Assembly: GCA_963767925.1 (NCBI GenBank)
Contig: CAVYGB010000002.1
Coordinates: forward strand, 320,001 to 384,000
Length of the DNA: 64,000 nt
Source of the DNA: an uncultured delta proteobacterium
Lineage (GTDB): Bacteria > Myxococcota_A > Polyangia > Fen-1088
Direction of reading: 5' to 3'
The position numbers were made by a program, and so were the translations under genes. The notes under the pieces were generated by a model, which worked only from the letters and a program-made list of their open reading frames with translations, had not been told where the DNA came from and searched no databases. The number at the start of each line of letters is the position of its first letter. Within the stretch, counting starts at the first letter, position 1. Shown here in pieces: positions 41,508 to 51,058 of this stretch.

Positions 41508-42392
41508 ATGCTGGAACACGTGGTGGGCTCGATCCTCGGAGGCGCCATCGGCGACGGTTGGGGTGGGCCGTTCGAGGGCAGCGCGCTCGCCGGCCCGGCC
41601 ATGGTACCCGACGAGCTCCTGGTATCGGACGACACCCAGCTCACCCTCGCGACCTGCGAGGCGGTCATCGCGTGCGGCCGGGTCGACCCGGCGCAGATCG
41701 CCGCCCGGTTCGCGGCCTGGTTTCGTTCGGGGCGCCTTCGTGGTCTGGGCGCGAGCACCTTGAAGGCGCTGCGCGATCTGGACGCCGGGGCGCGCTGGGC
41801 CCTGGCGGGGGCGAAAGGGGAGCGGTCCGCGGGGAACGGCGCCGCCATGCGCATCGCCCCGCTGGCGTTCCTCCTGGATCCGGCAGACGAAGCCCAGCGC
41901 AGGACCTTGCGGGACGTCTGCCGGATCACGCACCACCACGATGAGGCCTATGTGGGCGCCCTCGCCGTCGCGCTCGCGATCCGTTTCGCGATCGCACCCG
42001 GCTACGACCTCTCGAACCTGCTGACCGATCTGGCGGACCTCTTGCCAGATTCTCGGGTCAGAGATCGCATCGCGCAGCTCGCGGCCATCACCGATGACGT
42101 CTCTCCCCATCAGGCTGCCGGGGCCTGCGGCAACTCGGGCTTCGTCGCAGAGTCGGTTCCCCTGGCCATCTTCGCCGCCCGCGCGATCCGGAGCCGCCCA
42201 TTTTCCGAGGTCGTGCAGCGCGCGATCGAGGCTGGCGGCGACACCGACACGATCGGCTCGATGGCCGGCCAGATCGCCGGCGCTGCCGTGGGAGCCTCCA
42301 GTCTCCCCGGAGCGCTCATCGCGCGGCTGCGCGACCGCACGGAGATCGTGGCGACCGCCGAGAGGTTCGCACAGGTCGTTTTCGCGGGTTGA
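41508..42392 (+). CDS. ADP-ribosylglycohydrolase family protein
   Basis: GGAIGDGWG, SDDTQLT, GNGAAMRIAP, ITHH, GGDTDTIGSMAGQIAGA. Confidence 0.92.
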   Translation: MLEHVVGSILGGAIGDGWGGPFEGSALAGPAMVPDELLVSDDTQLTLATCEAVIACGRVDPAQIAARFAAWFRSGRLRGLGASTLKALRDLDAGARWALAGAKGERSAGNGAAMRIAPLAFLLDPADEAQRRTLRDVCRITHHHDEAYVGALAVALAIRFAIAPGYDLSNLLTDLADLLPDSRVRDRIAQLAAITDDVSPHQAAGACGNSGFVAESVPLAIFAARAIRSRPFSEVVQRAIEAGGDTDTIGSMAGQIAGAAVGASSLPGALIARLRDRTEIVATAERFAQVVFAG

Positions 42393-42633
42393 CCCGGAGC
42401 TGCCGCCGGCGCGGCCCCCCCGCCCATCGCCCGGCAGCTTTTCCTCTGGCCCCTCCCTGCGCCGGGGTAGTTCCACCCTCTCCGCCGTCGCCACTGAACG
42501 CCACCTCCCTGGCAGTCGGGCGACCCCCCGGTCGCCTGGCCTCCTCGCGTCATGGTCGCGAAACGGGGTTCGTCCTCGCCCCGCGACCACCTAGAACCCC
42601 GGGGGGCCCGTCGGGCCACTACTGGTCCACATC

Positions 42634-43782
42634 ATGGCGAACAGAGCGCTCCCGAACGTGGTTTTTCTCTTGACGGCCCTGGCCGGCGGGTGGGGGTGCG
42701 GGGACAGCGAAAGCGCGGGGGATCCCGGGGCCATGGGGGGATCACCGGGAACCTCCCCGGGCACCCCGAACCCGAACCCGAGCCCGAGCCCTCCGCCCAG
42801 CACCCCCGCGGGCACCGGCGGGGCGGGCGGCAACCCGGTCCCCGTGGGCGGGGCGGGAGCGGGAGGAACCGGTGGGCAGAGCGGCGCCGGCGGACAGGGC
42901 GGCAGCGGGGGCCGGGACGCGGCGAGCAGGCCCGACGCCGCCTCACGACCCGATGGCCCCGGTCGCGCCGACGCTCCCCGCGCGGACGGCGGGGCAGCGG
43001 CCCCGGTGTCGGGCGTCCAGATCAACATCGGCGGCAAGATGGTCGCCCGGGAGAAGGCGGTGGTCTTCCTCCACATCGGCCACTCCGACATGCTCGGGCG
43101 GGCCGACGGACCGGGCTCGCTCCGGTCCTTCTTCTTCGACACCCACCCCCAGCTCTGGACCTACCGGCGGGGCGGGACCTTCGCCGCCGCCCGGGAGCCG
43201 ACCGCGGGCGACACGTCCTCCGCCGGTCCGGGGATGGCGTTGCTGCGGACGGGGCTGACGCTGGCGTCGGACGCCTATTTCATCTCCATCGGCCACGGCC
43301 ACAGCGGCGCCGACGGCGGGCACTGCGCGAACTTTCGCAAGGGCCGCACGCTCTGGAACACCTTCATGCCGGCCGCCATCGAGCTCAAGGGCAAGGTCAC
43401 CTTCGGCGGCGTCTTCACAATGTTCGGCATCACCGAGTACCGCAACGGCTCGGCCGGGCTCAACGGCCTGGGCAACTGCCTGGTCGGGCTGGCGCAGGAG
43501 ATCCGCGCCGAGCTCGGCGATCCGGAGATCCCGCTCATGGTGGGTGACTGGAACGCCGGCGGCACCGGCATCTACTCGCCCACCGGCGGCAACGGCACCG
43601 CGGTCCGCCCGCAGATCCAGGCCATCCCCGGCCGCGACCCCCGCGCGGCGGTCATCCCCACCAACGGCCTGCCCATGGAGGACGACCGGCACCTCAACAT
43701 GGCCGGCCACAAGACCTGGGCCGAACGCGGCCTGAAGATCCTGTCCGACAAGGGCTGGGCCCCCTGGGCTCGCCCGATGTGA
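42634..43782 (+). CDS. Lipoprotein with SGNH/sialate O-acetylesterase (SASA/CE6-like) domain
   Basis: Lipobox GWGC; Gly/Pro linker; IGHSDMLG (GQSNM-like), GPG motif, PLMVG, DDRHLN (DxxH). Confidence 0.75.
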   Translation: MANRALPNVVFLLTALAGGWGCGDSESAGDPGAMGGSPGTSPGTPNPNPSPSPPPSTPAGTGGAGGNPVPVGGAGAGGTGGQSGAGGQGGSGGRDAASRPDAASRPDGPGRADAPRADGGAAAPVSGVQINIGGKMVAREKAVVFLHIGHSDMLGRADGPGSLRSFFFDTHPQLWTYRRGGTFAAAREPTAGDTSSAGPGMALLRTGLTLASDAYFISIGHGHSGADGGHCANFRKGRTLWNTFMPAAIELKGKVTFGGVFTMFGITEYRNGSAGLNGLGNCLVGLAQEIRAELGDPEIPLMVGDWNAGGTGIYSPTGGNGTAVRPQIQAIPGRDPRAAVIPTNGLPMEDDRHLNMAGHKTWAERGLKILSDKGWAPWARPM

Positions 43783-43829
43783 CCCCCCGGCCCGACACCC
43801 TCACAACGGCGACGGCTCCGCAACACCGG

Positions 43830-44131
43830 AGAGCCTGCCCGAGGTCAAGCTTCCCCAGGTCTGGTACGAGTTCAGCGGCGTCGACTTCGACCGCCAGCCG
43901 GTAGATCAGCAGAGCGCCGGCGTCGTTGAACAGGTCCAGCAACACCGGCGCCACGAACAGCGTGAGGGCGACCTGCGGGTCGAGCGTCACCGCCGGCAGA
44001 TCCGGCAGCAACCCCAGCGCCACCCCCGCCAGCGCCAGCAACGCCGGATAGGGCACCTTGAACCGCCGGGCCACCACCGACAGCACGGCCCGCGCAAACA
44101 ACAACAGGATCGCACTCTCGAACAACGCCAT
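43830..44131 (-). pseudogene. Internally deleted CPA1 Na+/H+ antiporter remnant
   Basis: VARRFKVPYPALLALAG...LDPQVALTLFVAPVLLD joins directly to LFNDAGALLIYRLAV (normally roughly 80 aa further on), then similarity ends. Left boundary approximate. Confidence 0.7.
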
Positions 44132-44176
44132 GAATTGCCTCGGTCGCGAGTCTGGACCACGCCTGGTCGGTCCGCA

Positions 44177-44349
44177 GACCCCTCACCCCTCCCTCTCCCC
44201 GCTGCCGCGGGGCGAGGGCGAACAGGCAACGGGAAGGCAGAGATCTCGCGCAAATCCGCCATGGACCGCCCCTCGTGAGACGATCGGTTCACCCGGCCAG
44301 TTGTTCGCCCTCGCCCCGCGGCAGCGGGGAGAGGGAGGGGTGAGGGGTC
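44177..44349. repeat. Perfect 48-bp inverted repeat pair (REP-doublet/MITE-like)
   Basis: 44177-44224 GACCCCTCACCCCTCCCTCTCCCCGCTGCCGCGGGGCGAGGGCGAACA is the exact reverse complement of 44302-44349; 77-bp spacer; each arm contains its own hairpin. Confidence 0.9.
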
Positions 44350-44431
44350 CGCTGATTCGGAACTCCGAGTGCAGACGCGCGCTCGCGCCTCGTTCGGCGG
44401 GCGGGCCGCCGATGAACCGGGGGGGTCGGGC

Positions 44432-45436
<1,005 letters not shown>

Positions 45437-45540
45437 GGATGGGCCCCCCAAGTAGGCCAGTTGCATACACCGCGGAACTGGACGGATCGAGGCCTAATGC
45501 AGCCGGACCGATGAAAAGCGGCGGCTCGTGGCCGGTTTCC

Positions 45541-45795
45541 GTCACATCCGCGCCCGACCACGGGGTGTGCGTCGCCGAGGCTCGCGCTCGTCACACCCCG
45601 CGCCCGACCACGCGGTGTGCGTCGCCGAGTCTCGCGCTCCTCACACCCCGCGCCCGACCACGCGGTGTGTGTCGCCGAGTCTCGCGCTCGTCACACCCCG
45701 CGCCCGACCACGCGGTGTGTATCGCCGAGGCTCGCGCTCGTCACACCCCGCGCCCGACCACGCGGTGTGTATCGCCGAGGCTCGCGCTCGTCACA
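45541..45795. repeat. Tandem repeat, 50-bp unit x5
   Basis: Unit TCACACCCCGCGCCCGACCACGCGGTGTGYRTCGCCGAGKCTCGCGCTCG at 45591, 45641, 45691 and 45741, plus a 49-bp copy at 45542; no spacers. Confidence 0.92.
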
Positions 45796-46219
45796 TTCGG
45801 GCAAGGCCGCGCGGGGTCATGACCACCCCTTCGCCCGGACGGAACGGACAGTAGTCCGGCCACATGAACATCTGATGGCCGCCGTCCTGGTAGCGCACGA
45901 AGACCTCGTAGCTGCGGCTCTCCGCGCCACCCTGGCTGGCGGCGGCGCCGACTGCCGCGCCGCCCACCGCGCCGACCACCGCCGCCGGGCCGCGCCCGCC
46001 GATCAACCCGCCGATGATCGCGCCAGCGACGGCACCCCCGACCGGGTTGCCTTGCTGCCGGTGAACGACCTCGCGCACCCATTCGACGCGGCCTGGCCGG
46101 GCCCATTCCTGGGCCGGCGCATCCGCCGACCAGGTGGTCGAGGTGGTGGAGGTCGTCACGCAGCCCACGCCGGTGACTGTGAAAGCGAGCATCACTGTGA
46201 ACAACGAAGTGGTTTTCAT
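45791..46219 (-). CDS. Glycine-zipper lipoprotein
   Basis: MKTTSLF...TGVGC lipobox; GGAVAGAIIGGLIGG...VGAVGGAAVGA; YEVFVRYQDG. Confidence 0.85.
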   Translation of the reverse strand: MKTTSLFTVMLAFTVTGVGCVTTSTTSTTWSADAPAQEWARPGRVEWVREVVHRQQGNPVGGAVAGAIIGGLIGGRGPAAVVGAVGGAAVGAAASQGGAESRSYEVFVRYQDGGHQMFMWPDYCPFRPGEGVVMTPRGLARM

Positions 46220-46272
46220 GCGGCTTCCTGAGGGCTCGGCGCGCCCCGCGCGCGCCGTTTTCCCGAGATGAT

Positions 46273-46288
46273 TGCAGGGGACGGGCCA
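46273..46288 (-). promoter_or_regulatory. Sigma54-like promoter for the glycine-zipper lipoprotein gene
   Basis: Minus strand TGGCCCGTCCCCTGCA: GG-N10-GC spacing, 54 nt upstream of the ATG. Confidence 0.5.
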
Positions 46289-46557
46289 GCTTGGGCCCAT
46301 GCGCACCCGCCCACCCCGTCTCGCGCGAGCACCGACGACGCGCCCGGCCCATCGCCGGCAAGCGACGACGTCCACCTCTGTCGCGGGGCGCTCGAGTCCG
46401 GACACCACCTCCCGCCCGACCCGCTCACCACCGCCTGCCGCCCTCTGGATCATCCACATCTGAGCCTCTTGCGAATCGGGGTTCATGCGTTCCGGCTCCC
46501 GGCGGGGCGGGCTGCGCGTGGCGGCGGGGGGCGTGGATCGGGGAGGCGGGCGGTTCT

Positions 46558-47688
46558 ATGATGCGGGCGATGACACCGCTTGCGGCTTCGGTCGGAGTTT
46601 CTCTGGTGCTCGCGCTGGCCAGCGGATCGGCGGCCGGCCAGGCCCCGGCCCTGCGGCTCGAGGGCGCCGGCGTGCGGGCGGGCAGCTTCCGGGTGGCGGA
46701 CCTCGAGGCGATGAAGCCGGTGGAGGTGAGCTGGACCGGGGCGAAGGGGGCGCGTCCCGTGCTCGGCGTGCCGCTCGACAAGTTGCTCGAGCGGCAGGGC
46801 CTCGTCGCGGGCAAGATGGGCGACGACGGCAGCGAACACGGCAGGGGCTGGCGCCGGGTGGTCATCGCTTCGGCCCCCGACGGTTTCCAGGCGGTGTTCA
46901 CCGTGGCCGAGCTGACCGCCCACATGGGCAACACCCGCGCCCTCGTCGCCTGGAAGATCGACGGCAAACCCCTGCCCTCCGATCGCGGGCCCCTGCGCCT
47001 GGTGGTCCTCACCGACAAGATCGCCTCCCGCTCGGTCCACTCCCTGAGCCGCCTGGAGGTGGTCGAGCTGGGAAAACCCTCGCCCCCCGGCCACGGCCAT
47101 CCCCCCGGAAAAGCCTCCGCCGTCCCGGCGCCACCCGCCAACGGTTCCGCGCCCCACGCAGCGCCACCCGCCCACGGCTCCGCCGCTGCCCACGCAGCGC
47201 CACCCGCCCACGGCTCCGCCGCTGCCCACGCAGCGCCACCCGCCCACGGTTCCGCGCCCCACGGCGCTCCGCCTGCCGCAACCGACGGATTGGCCCAGGT
47301 CAGCGCCATCCACGGGGCGGCCGGGCCCTTCGCGGTGGCTGGCTACCGGATGGGCCAGCGGGCCATGCGCGAGCTCGGTGTGACCTCCGGATCGTTCGAC
47401 CTCGAGGTGCGCCACCAGTCGCCGGCCGAGGTCCAGTGGACCTGCATCGCCGACGGCGCCCAGGCTGCGACCGGGGCCAGCTCGGGCAAGCTCAACCTCT
47501 CGCTCGAGCGCGCCGCCCGGGAGAAGACCCGCACCATCTTCCGCCGCAAGTCGACCGGCAAGGCCGTGGCCTTCACCCTCGAGCCCACCTTCGTCAAACG
47601 TTTCCTCGACCTCCCCCGCGATCAGCTCGAGCGGGCCGGCGGCGAGGTGATGGCGCTCCCCGACGACCGCATCTTCGACGTCGATTGA
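46558..47688 (+). CDS. Secreted fusion: molybdopterin-oxidoreductase-like domain, His-rich repeat linker, FmdE-like domain
   Basis: Signal peptide; GVPLDKLL...APDGFQAVF...DGKPL...GPLRLVV...RSV; four PPA[HN]GSA(A/P)..H repeats; IHGAAGPFAVAGYRMG...CIADGAQAATGASSGKLNL. Confidence 0.75.
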   Translation: MMRAMTPLAASVGVSLVLALASGSAAGQAPALRLEGAGVRAGSFRVADLEAMKPVEVSWTGAKGARPVLGVPLDKLLERQGLVAGKMGDDGSEHGRGWRRVVIASAPDGFQAVFTVAELTAHMGNTRALVAWKIDGKPLPSDRGPLRLVVLTDKIASRSVHSLSRLEVVELGKPSPPGHGHPPGKASAVPAPPANGSAPHAAPPAHGSAAAHAAPPAHGSAAAHAAPPAHGSAPHGAPPAATDGLAQVSAIHGAAGPFAVAGYRMGQRAMRELGVTSGSFDLEVRHQSPAEVQWTCIADGAQAATGASSGKLNLSLERAAREKTRTIFRRKSTGKAVAFTLEPTFVKRFLDLPRDQLERAGGEVMALPDDRIFDVD

Positions 47689-47722
47689 GCCTGGCCCCCC
47701 GGCCCGCGCGCGCGGGCGGGTG

Positions 47723-47947
47723 TCAGCAGCACTTCTGGACGCGGGCGGACGGGGCGGGGGTCAAGCCGACGAGGTCGGCGATCTCGCGGGCGGTGAGGTC
47801 GTAGAGGCCGGCGAGGGCGGCGGCCGCCCGGCGCTTGGCCGCCTCCTGACCGTCACCCGCCGGCGTGGCGTGGGCCAGAGTGAGGGCGGCGCGGGCGCCG
47901 GGAGGCAGATCAGAATCTTGAGCGAGGACGGGCAGCAACGACGGCAT
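47723..47947 (-). CDS. Small protein ending in Cys-Cys, downstream of ArsR
   Basis: SD AAGGAG; MPSLLPVLAQD...LYDLTAREIADLVGL...VQKCC. Confidence 0.6.
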   Translation of the reverse strand: MPSLLPVLAQDSDLPPGARAALTLAHATPAGDGQEAAKRRAAAALAGLYDLTAREIADLVGLTPAPSARVQKCC

Positions 47948-48278
47948 CGACGGTCTCCTTTGCACGGGGTGGATCGGCGGCGCGGGCAGCGGCCGCCACG
48001 GGCAGCCGCATGCGGCGCCCGAGCTCTTCGAGGTACGCGGTCATCACCTCCGGCCGGAACCGGAAGTAGGCGAACTGCCCCTCCTTGCGCCGCTCCAGCA
48101 AGCCAGCGGTCGCCAGCTCCTTGAGGTGGTGCGAGATGGTGGCCTGCGACACCGGGCAGGCTGCCACGATGTCCGAGCAGCACATCTCCCGCGCCGCCGT
48201 CCGCTCCAGGATCTCGCAGCGCTGCGGATCGGCGAGCGCCTTGGCAATGCGGCTGAAATCCTGGTCGCTGAGCTTCAT
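47910..48278 (-). CDS. arsR: ArsR/SmtB family transcriptional regulator
   Basis: IAKALADPQRCEIL...EMCCSDI...VSQATISHHLKEL..AGLL..RKEG. Confidence 0.9.
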   Translation of the reverse strand: MKLSDQDFSRIAKALADPQRCEILERTAAREMCCSDIVAACPVSQATISHHLKELATAGLLERRKEGQFAYFRFRPEVMTAYLEELGRRMRLPVAAAARAADPPRAKETVDAVVAARPRSRF

Positions 48279-48305
48279 GTTGATCACGGCAGGGGACTGG
48301 AAGGG

Positions 48306-48342
48306 ACAGATATATAGATAACTGTCTATTCGTCGATGTCAA
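48306..48342 (-). promoter_or_regulatory. Sigma70-type promoter with overlapping inverted-repeat operator
   Basis: Minus strand TTGACA (48342-48337), then an AT-rich -10 region containing ATAGA-N6-TCTAT and GACAG...CTGTC dyads upstream of arsR. Confidence 0.65.
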
Positions 48343-48482
48343 GGCGGCCCCCAGATCGCGGTGGCCTCTCGTCCGCCAGCTCGGCATACGCCGCCCCGGC
48401 CGCGCCCACACAACCCCCCGAAACCACGGGGGGATCGCCGGCCAGCCGTCTAGCCGCCAGCCGCCTAGCCGCTCGCCTGCCT

Positions 48483-49613
48483 CTAGCCGGTGTGGCGCGG
48501 CACTTCGACCCGGAACATCGTCTCGGCCTCCTCGGGCCGGGCCAGCACCTGCACCCGCCCCCGGTGGGCCTGGACGATCTGCTGGACGATGTACAGCCCC
48601 AGGCCGAGCCCCTCGCCGCTGCCCCGCTGCCGCTGCCCCCGCCGGAACGGGTTGAACAGGTGGGGAAGCACGTCGGCGGCGATGACCCCCGCGCTCGCCA
48701 CCGACAGCGCCACCTGCTCGCGGGCCTGCCCGTCGAGCGCCACCCGGATCGCCGGGCCCTTGCCATGCTGGATGGCGTTTCCGATCAGGTTGGACGCCAC
48801 CTGCGCCATGCGGTCGACGTCCCAGACCCCCGCGAGATCCCCCTGCGCCTGCAGGTCGATCCGCCGATCGGGGTGGGCGGTCTGGAGCTCCTGGGCCACC
48901 CGCCCCACCAGCTCGCCGAGATCGGCCGGCGCCGGCCGCAGCGGGATGCCGCCCGCCAGCCGGGCCCGGGCCAGGTCGAGCGTGTCCTCGATCAGCCGGG
49001 CCATGCGCCGGCCGCTCGACTTGATCCGGGTGGCCGCCCGCACGGCCGCCGCCGGGTCGGGCCCTCGCTCCAGCAGCTCCGCCGTGGTGAGGATCGCCGC
49101 CAGGGGGCTGCGCAGATCGTGGCTCAGGACGGCGGTGAACATCTCGTTGAGGCGCAGGGTCTCCGTCAGCTCGTTGAGCTGATCGGAGAGCTGCTGCTTC
49201 TGGCGCTGGAGCTGGATGAAGACCTCCACCTTGCTGCGCAACACCTCCGCCTCGATCGGCTTGAACAGGAAGTCGACCGCCCCCGCGTCGTAACCCTTGA
49301 ACAGGCGGTGCTGATCCCGGCCCCCCGCCGTCACGAAGATGATGGGGACGTTGCGCGTGCGCTGGCTGCCGCGCATCAGCTCGGCCAGCTCGAACCCGTC
49401 CATGTCCGGCATCTGCACGTCGACCAGGGCCAGCGCGACGTCGTGGGCCAGCAGGATCTCAAGGGCCTCCGGGCCCGAGCGGGCCTGCAAGAGCTCGAGG
49501 TCGGGCCGCCGCAGCAGCACCGCCAGCGCCAGCAGGTTCTCGGGCAGGTCATCGACGAGCAGGCACTTGATGGGCGTCGACACGCGGGGCTCGAGCGTGG
49601 GCGGGTCCGTCAT
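48483..49613 (-). CDS. Hybrid REC-HisKA-HATPase protein
   Basis: CLLVDDLPEN, DVQMPDMDGFE, SHDLRSPL, NLIGNAIQH, GLGLGL. Confidence 0.92.
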   Translation of the reverse strand: MTDPPTLEPRVSTPIKCLLVDDLPENLLALAVLLRRPDLELLQARSGPEALEILLAHDVALALVDVQMPDMDGFELAELMRGSQRTRNVPIIFVTAGGRDQHRLFKGYDAGAVDFLFKPIEAEVLRSKVEVFIQLQRQKQQLSDQLNELTETLRLNEMFTAVLSHDLRSPLAAILTTAELLERGPDPAAAVRAATRIKSSGRRMARLIEDTLDLARARLAGGIPLRPAPADLGELVGRVAQELQTAHPDRRIDLQAQGDLAGVWDVDRMAQVASNLIGNAIQHGKGPAIRVALDGQAREQVALSVASAGVIAADVLPHLFNPFRRGQRQRGSGEGLGLGLYIVQQIVQAHRGRVQVLARPEEAETMFRVEVPRHTG

Positions 49614-50227
49614 CTTGAATCCCCCTCGGCGTTCAGAGTGCGGAAGAGCGCGGCGATCTCCGCCAGCCGCAGCACGCGCTGACCCAGCGGCCGTCGCAGG
49701 GCCGCCCTCGGCATCCGGTCGGAGATCGCCTCCTGCGGCTCCTGGACCACGGCCTGACCACCCGCCCGGCACACCGCCTCCAGGCCGGCCGCGCCGTCTT
49801 CGCTCGCGCCCGTGAGGATGACGCCGAGGAGCTGGCTGCGGTAGACGTCGGCCGCCGACTCGAACAGCACGTCGATCGAGGGGCGCGAGTGGTTGACCAG
49901 GTCGTCGACCGACAGCGCGATCTGCGGCCCGGGCGCCACCAGCAGGTGGTAGTCGGGCGGCGCGAAGTAGATGGTCCCGCCCTCCACCGGCTCCTTGTCC
50001 TCCGCCTCCCGCACCAGCGCCGCGCACCTGGGAGCGAAGATCTCGACCAGCAGGCTGTTCCGATCGCGGGGCAGGTGCTGCACCACGAACACGGCCGCCG
50101 CTCCCCGCGCCGGGAGCGCCGGCAGGATCGCCGCCAGGGCCTCCACCCCTCCGGCCGAAGCGCCGATCACGACCCCCCGGACGGCGGCCAGCGTCGCGCC
50201 GCCCAGCTCAGACCCGCTCGAGGCCAT
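49610..50227 (-). CDS. cheB: Stand-alone CheB-type methylesterase domain protein
   Basis: IGASAGG, VQHL, RPSIDVLFESAA, ILTGASEDG; no REC domain. Confidence 0.9.
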   Translation of the reverse strand: MASSGSELGGATLAAVRGVVIGASAGGVEALAAILPALPARGAAAVFVVQHLPRDRNSLLVEIFAPRCAALVREAEDKEPVEGGTIYFAPPDYHLLVAPGPQIALSVDDLVNHSRPSIDVLFESAADVYRSQLLGVILTGASEDGAAGLEAVCRAGGQAVVQEPQEAISDRMPRAALRRPLGQRVLRLAEIAALFRTLNAEGDSR

Positions 50228-51058
50228 CGTCTCTTCTCTGGTAGATGCGATCCTGGCGGACGAACTCGGAGAAGGCGGCGGCGTGGGCCGAGAAGCGCAG
50301 CGACTCCTTGGACCCCAGACCGAGGAACCCCCGCCGGCACAGCGCATCGGCGAAGAGCCTTACCGCCCGGTCCTGCAGCTCGCGGTTGAAGTAGATGAGG
50401 ACGTTGCGACAGGAGACGAGCTGGACCTCGGCGAACACGCTGTCGGTCGCCAGGCTGTGGTCGGAGAACACGATGTTGCTTGCGCAGCGACTGATCGAAG
50501 ATCGCCTCGCCGTAGGCCGCCGTGTAGTAGTCCGACAGCGAGCAGCGGCGCCGCCCGACTTGCCGGTGGTTCTCGGTGAAGGCCGCCATCCGCTCCACGT
50601 CGTAAACCCCGGCCTGCGGCCCGCTCCAGCGCCGCGCCGTTGATGTCGGTGGCGTAGATGAGCGTCCGCTCGCACCAGCCCCTCTTCGCGCAGCAGGATG
50701 GCCAGCGAATAGACCTCCTCGCCGGTGCTGCAGCCGGCCACCCAGACCTGCAGCGAGGGATAGGTCCGCAGCAGCGGCACCACCTGCTCGCGCAGCGCCC
50801 GGAAGTAGGGCGGGTCGCGGAACATCTCGCTGACCTGCACGGTGAGGTAGTCCAGCAAGACGCGGCGAAGACCGACGGCGTCGTGCAAGCAGCCGGTCCT
50901 GGAGCTGCGAGAGTGATGCGCACCCGAAGCGGTCGAGCGCCGCGCGCAGGCGCCGCTTGAGCGAGGCGGTCGAGTAGGCCCGGAAGTCGTAGTGGTACTT
51001 GAGGTAGATCGGCGTCGACCAGCAGCCGCAGCTCGATGTCGAAGTCGGTCGTGGTCAT
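50208..51058 (-). CDS. cheR: CheR-type methyltransferase (several single-base indels)
   Basis: Pieces in different frames: [13 protein letters not shown] / [20 protein letters not shown] / VSEMFRDP...[13 protein letters not shown] / IYATDIN / SCRNVLIYF...LGSKESL. Confidence 0.85.

Noticed and set aside
45541..45795. Possible CRISPR array
   Set aside because: Units are contiguous and near-identical with no unique spacers, and no cas genes are present.
48483..50027. 514-aa ORF suggesting an N-terminally extended kinase
   Set aside because: The extension overlaps cheB in another frame; the real start is the ATG at 49613 overlapping the cheB stop.
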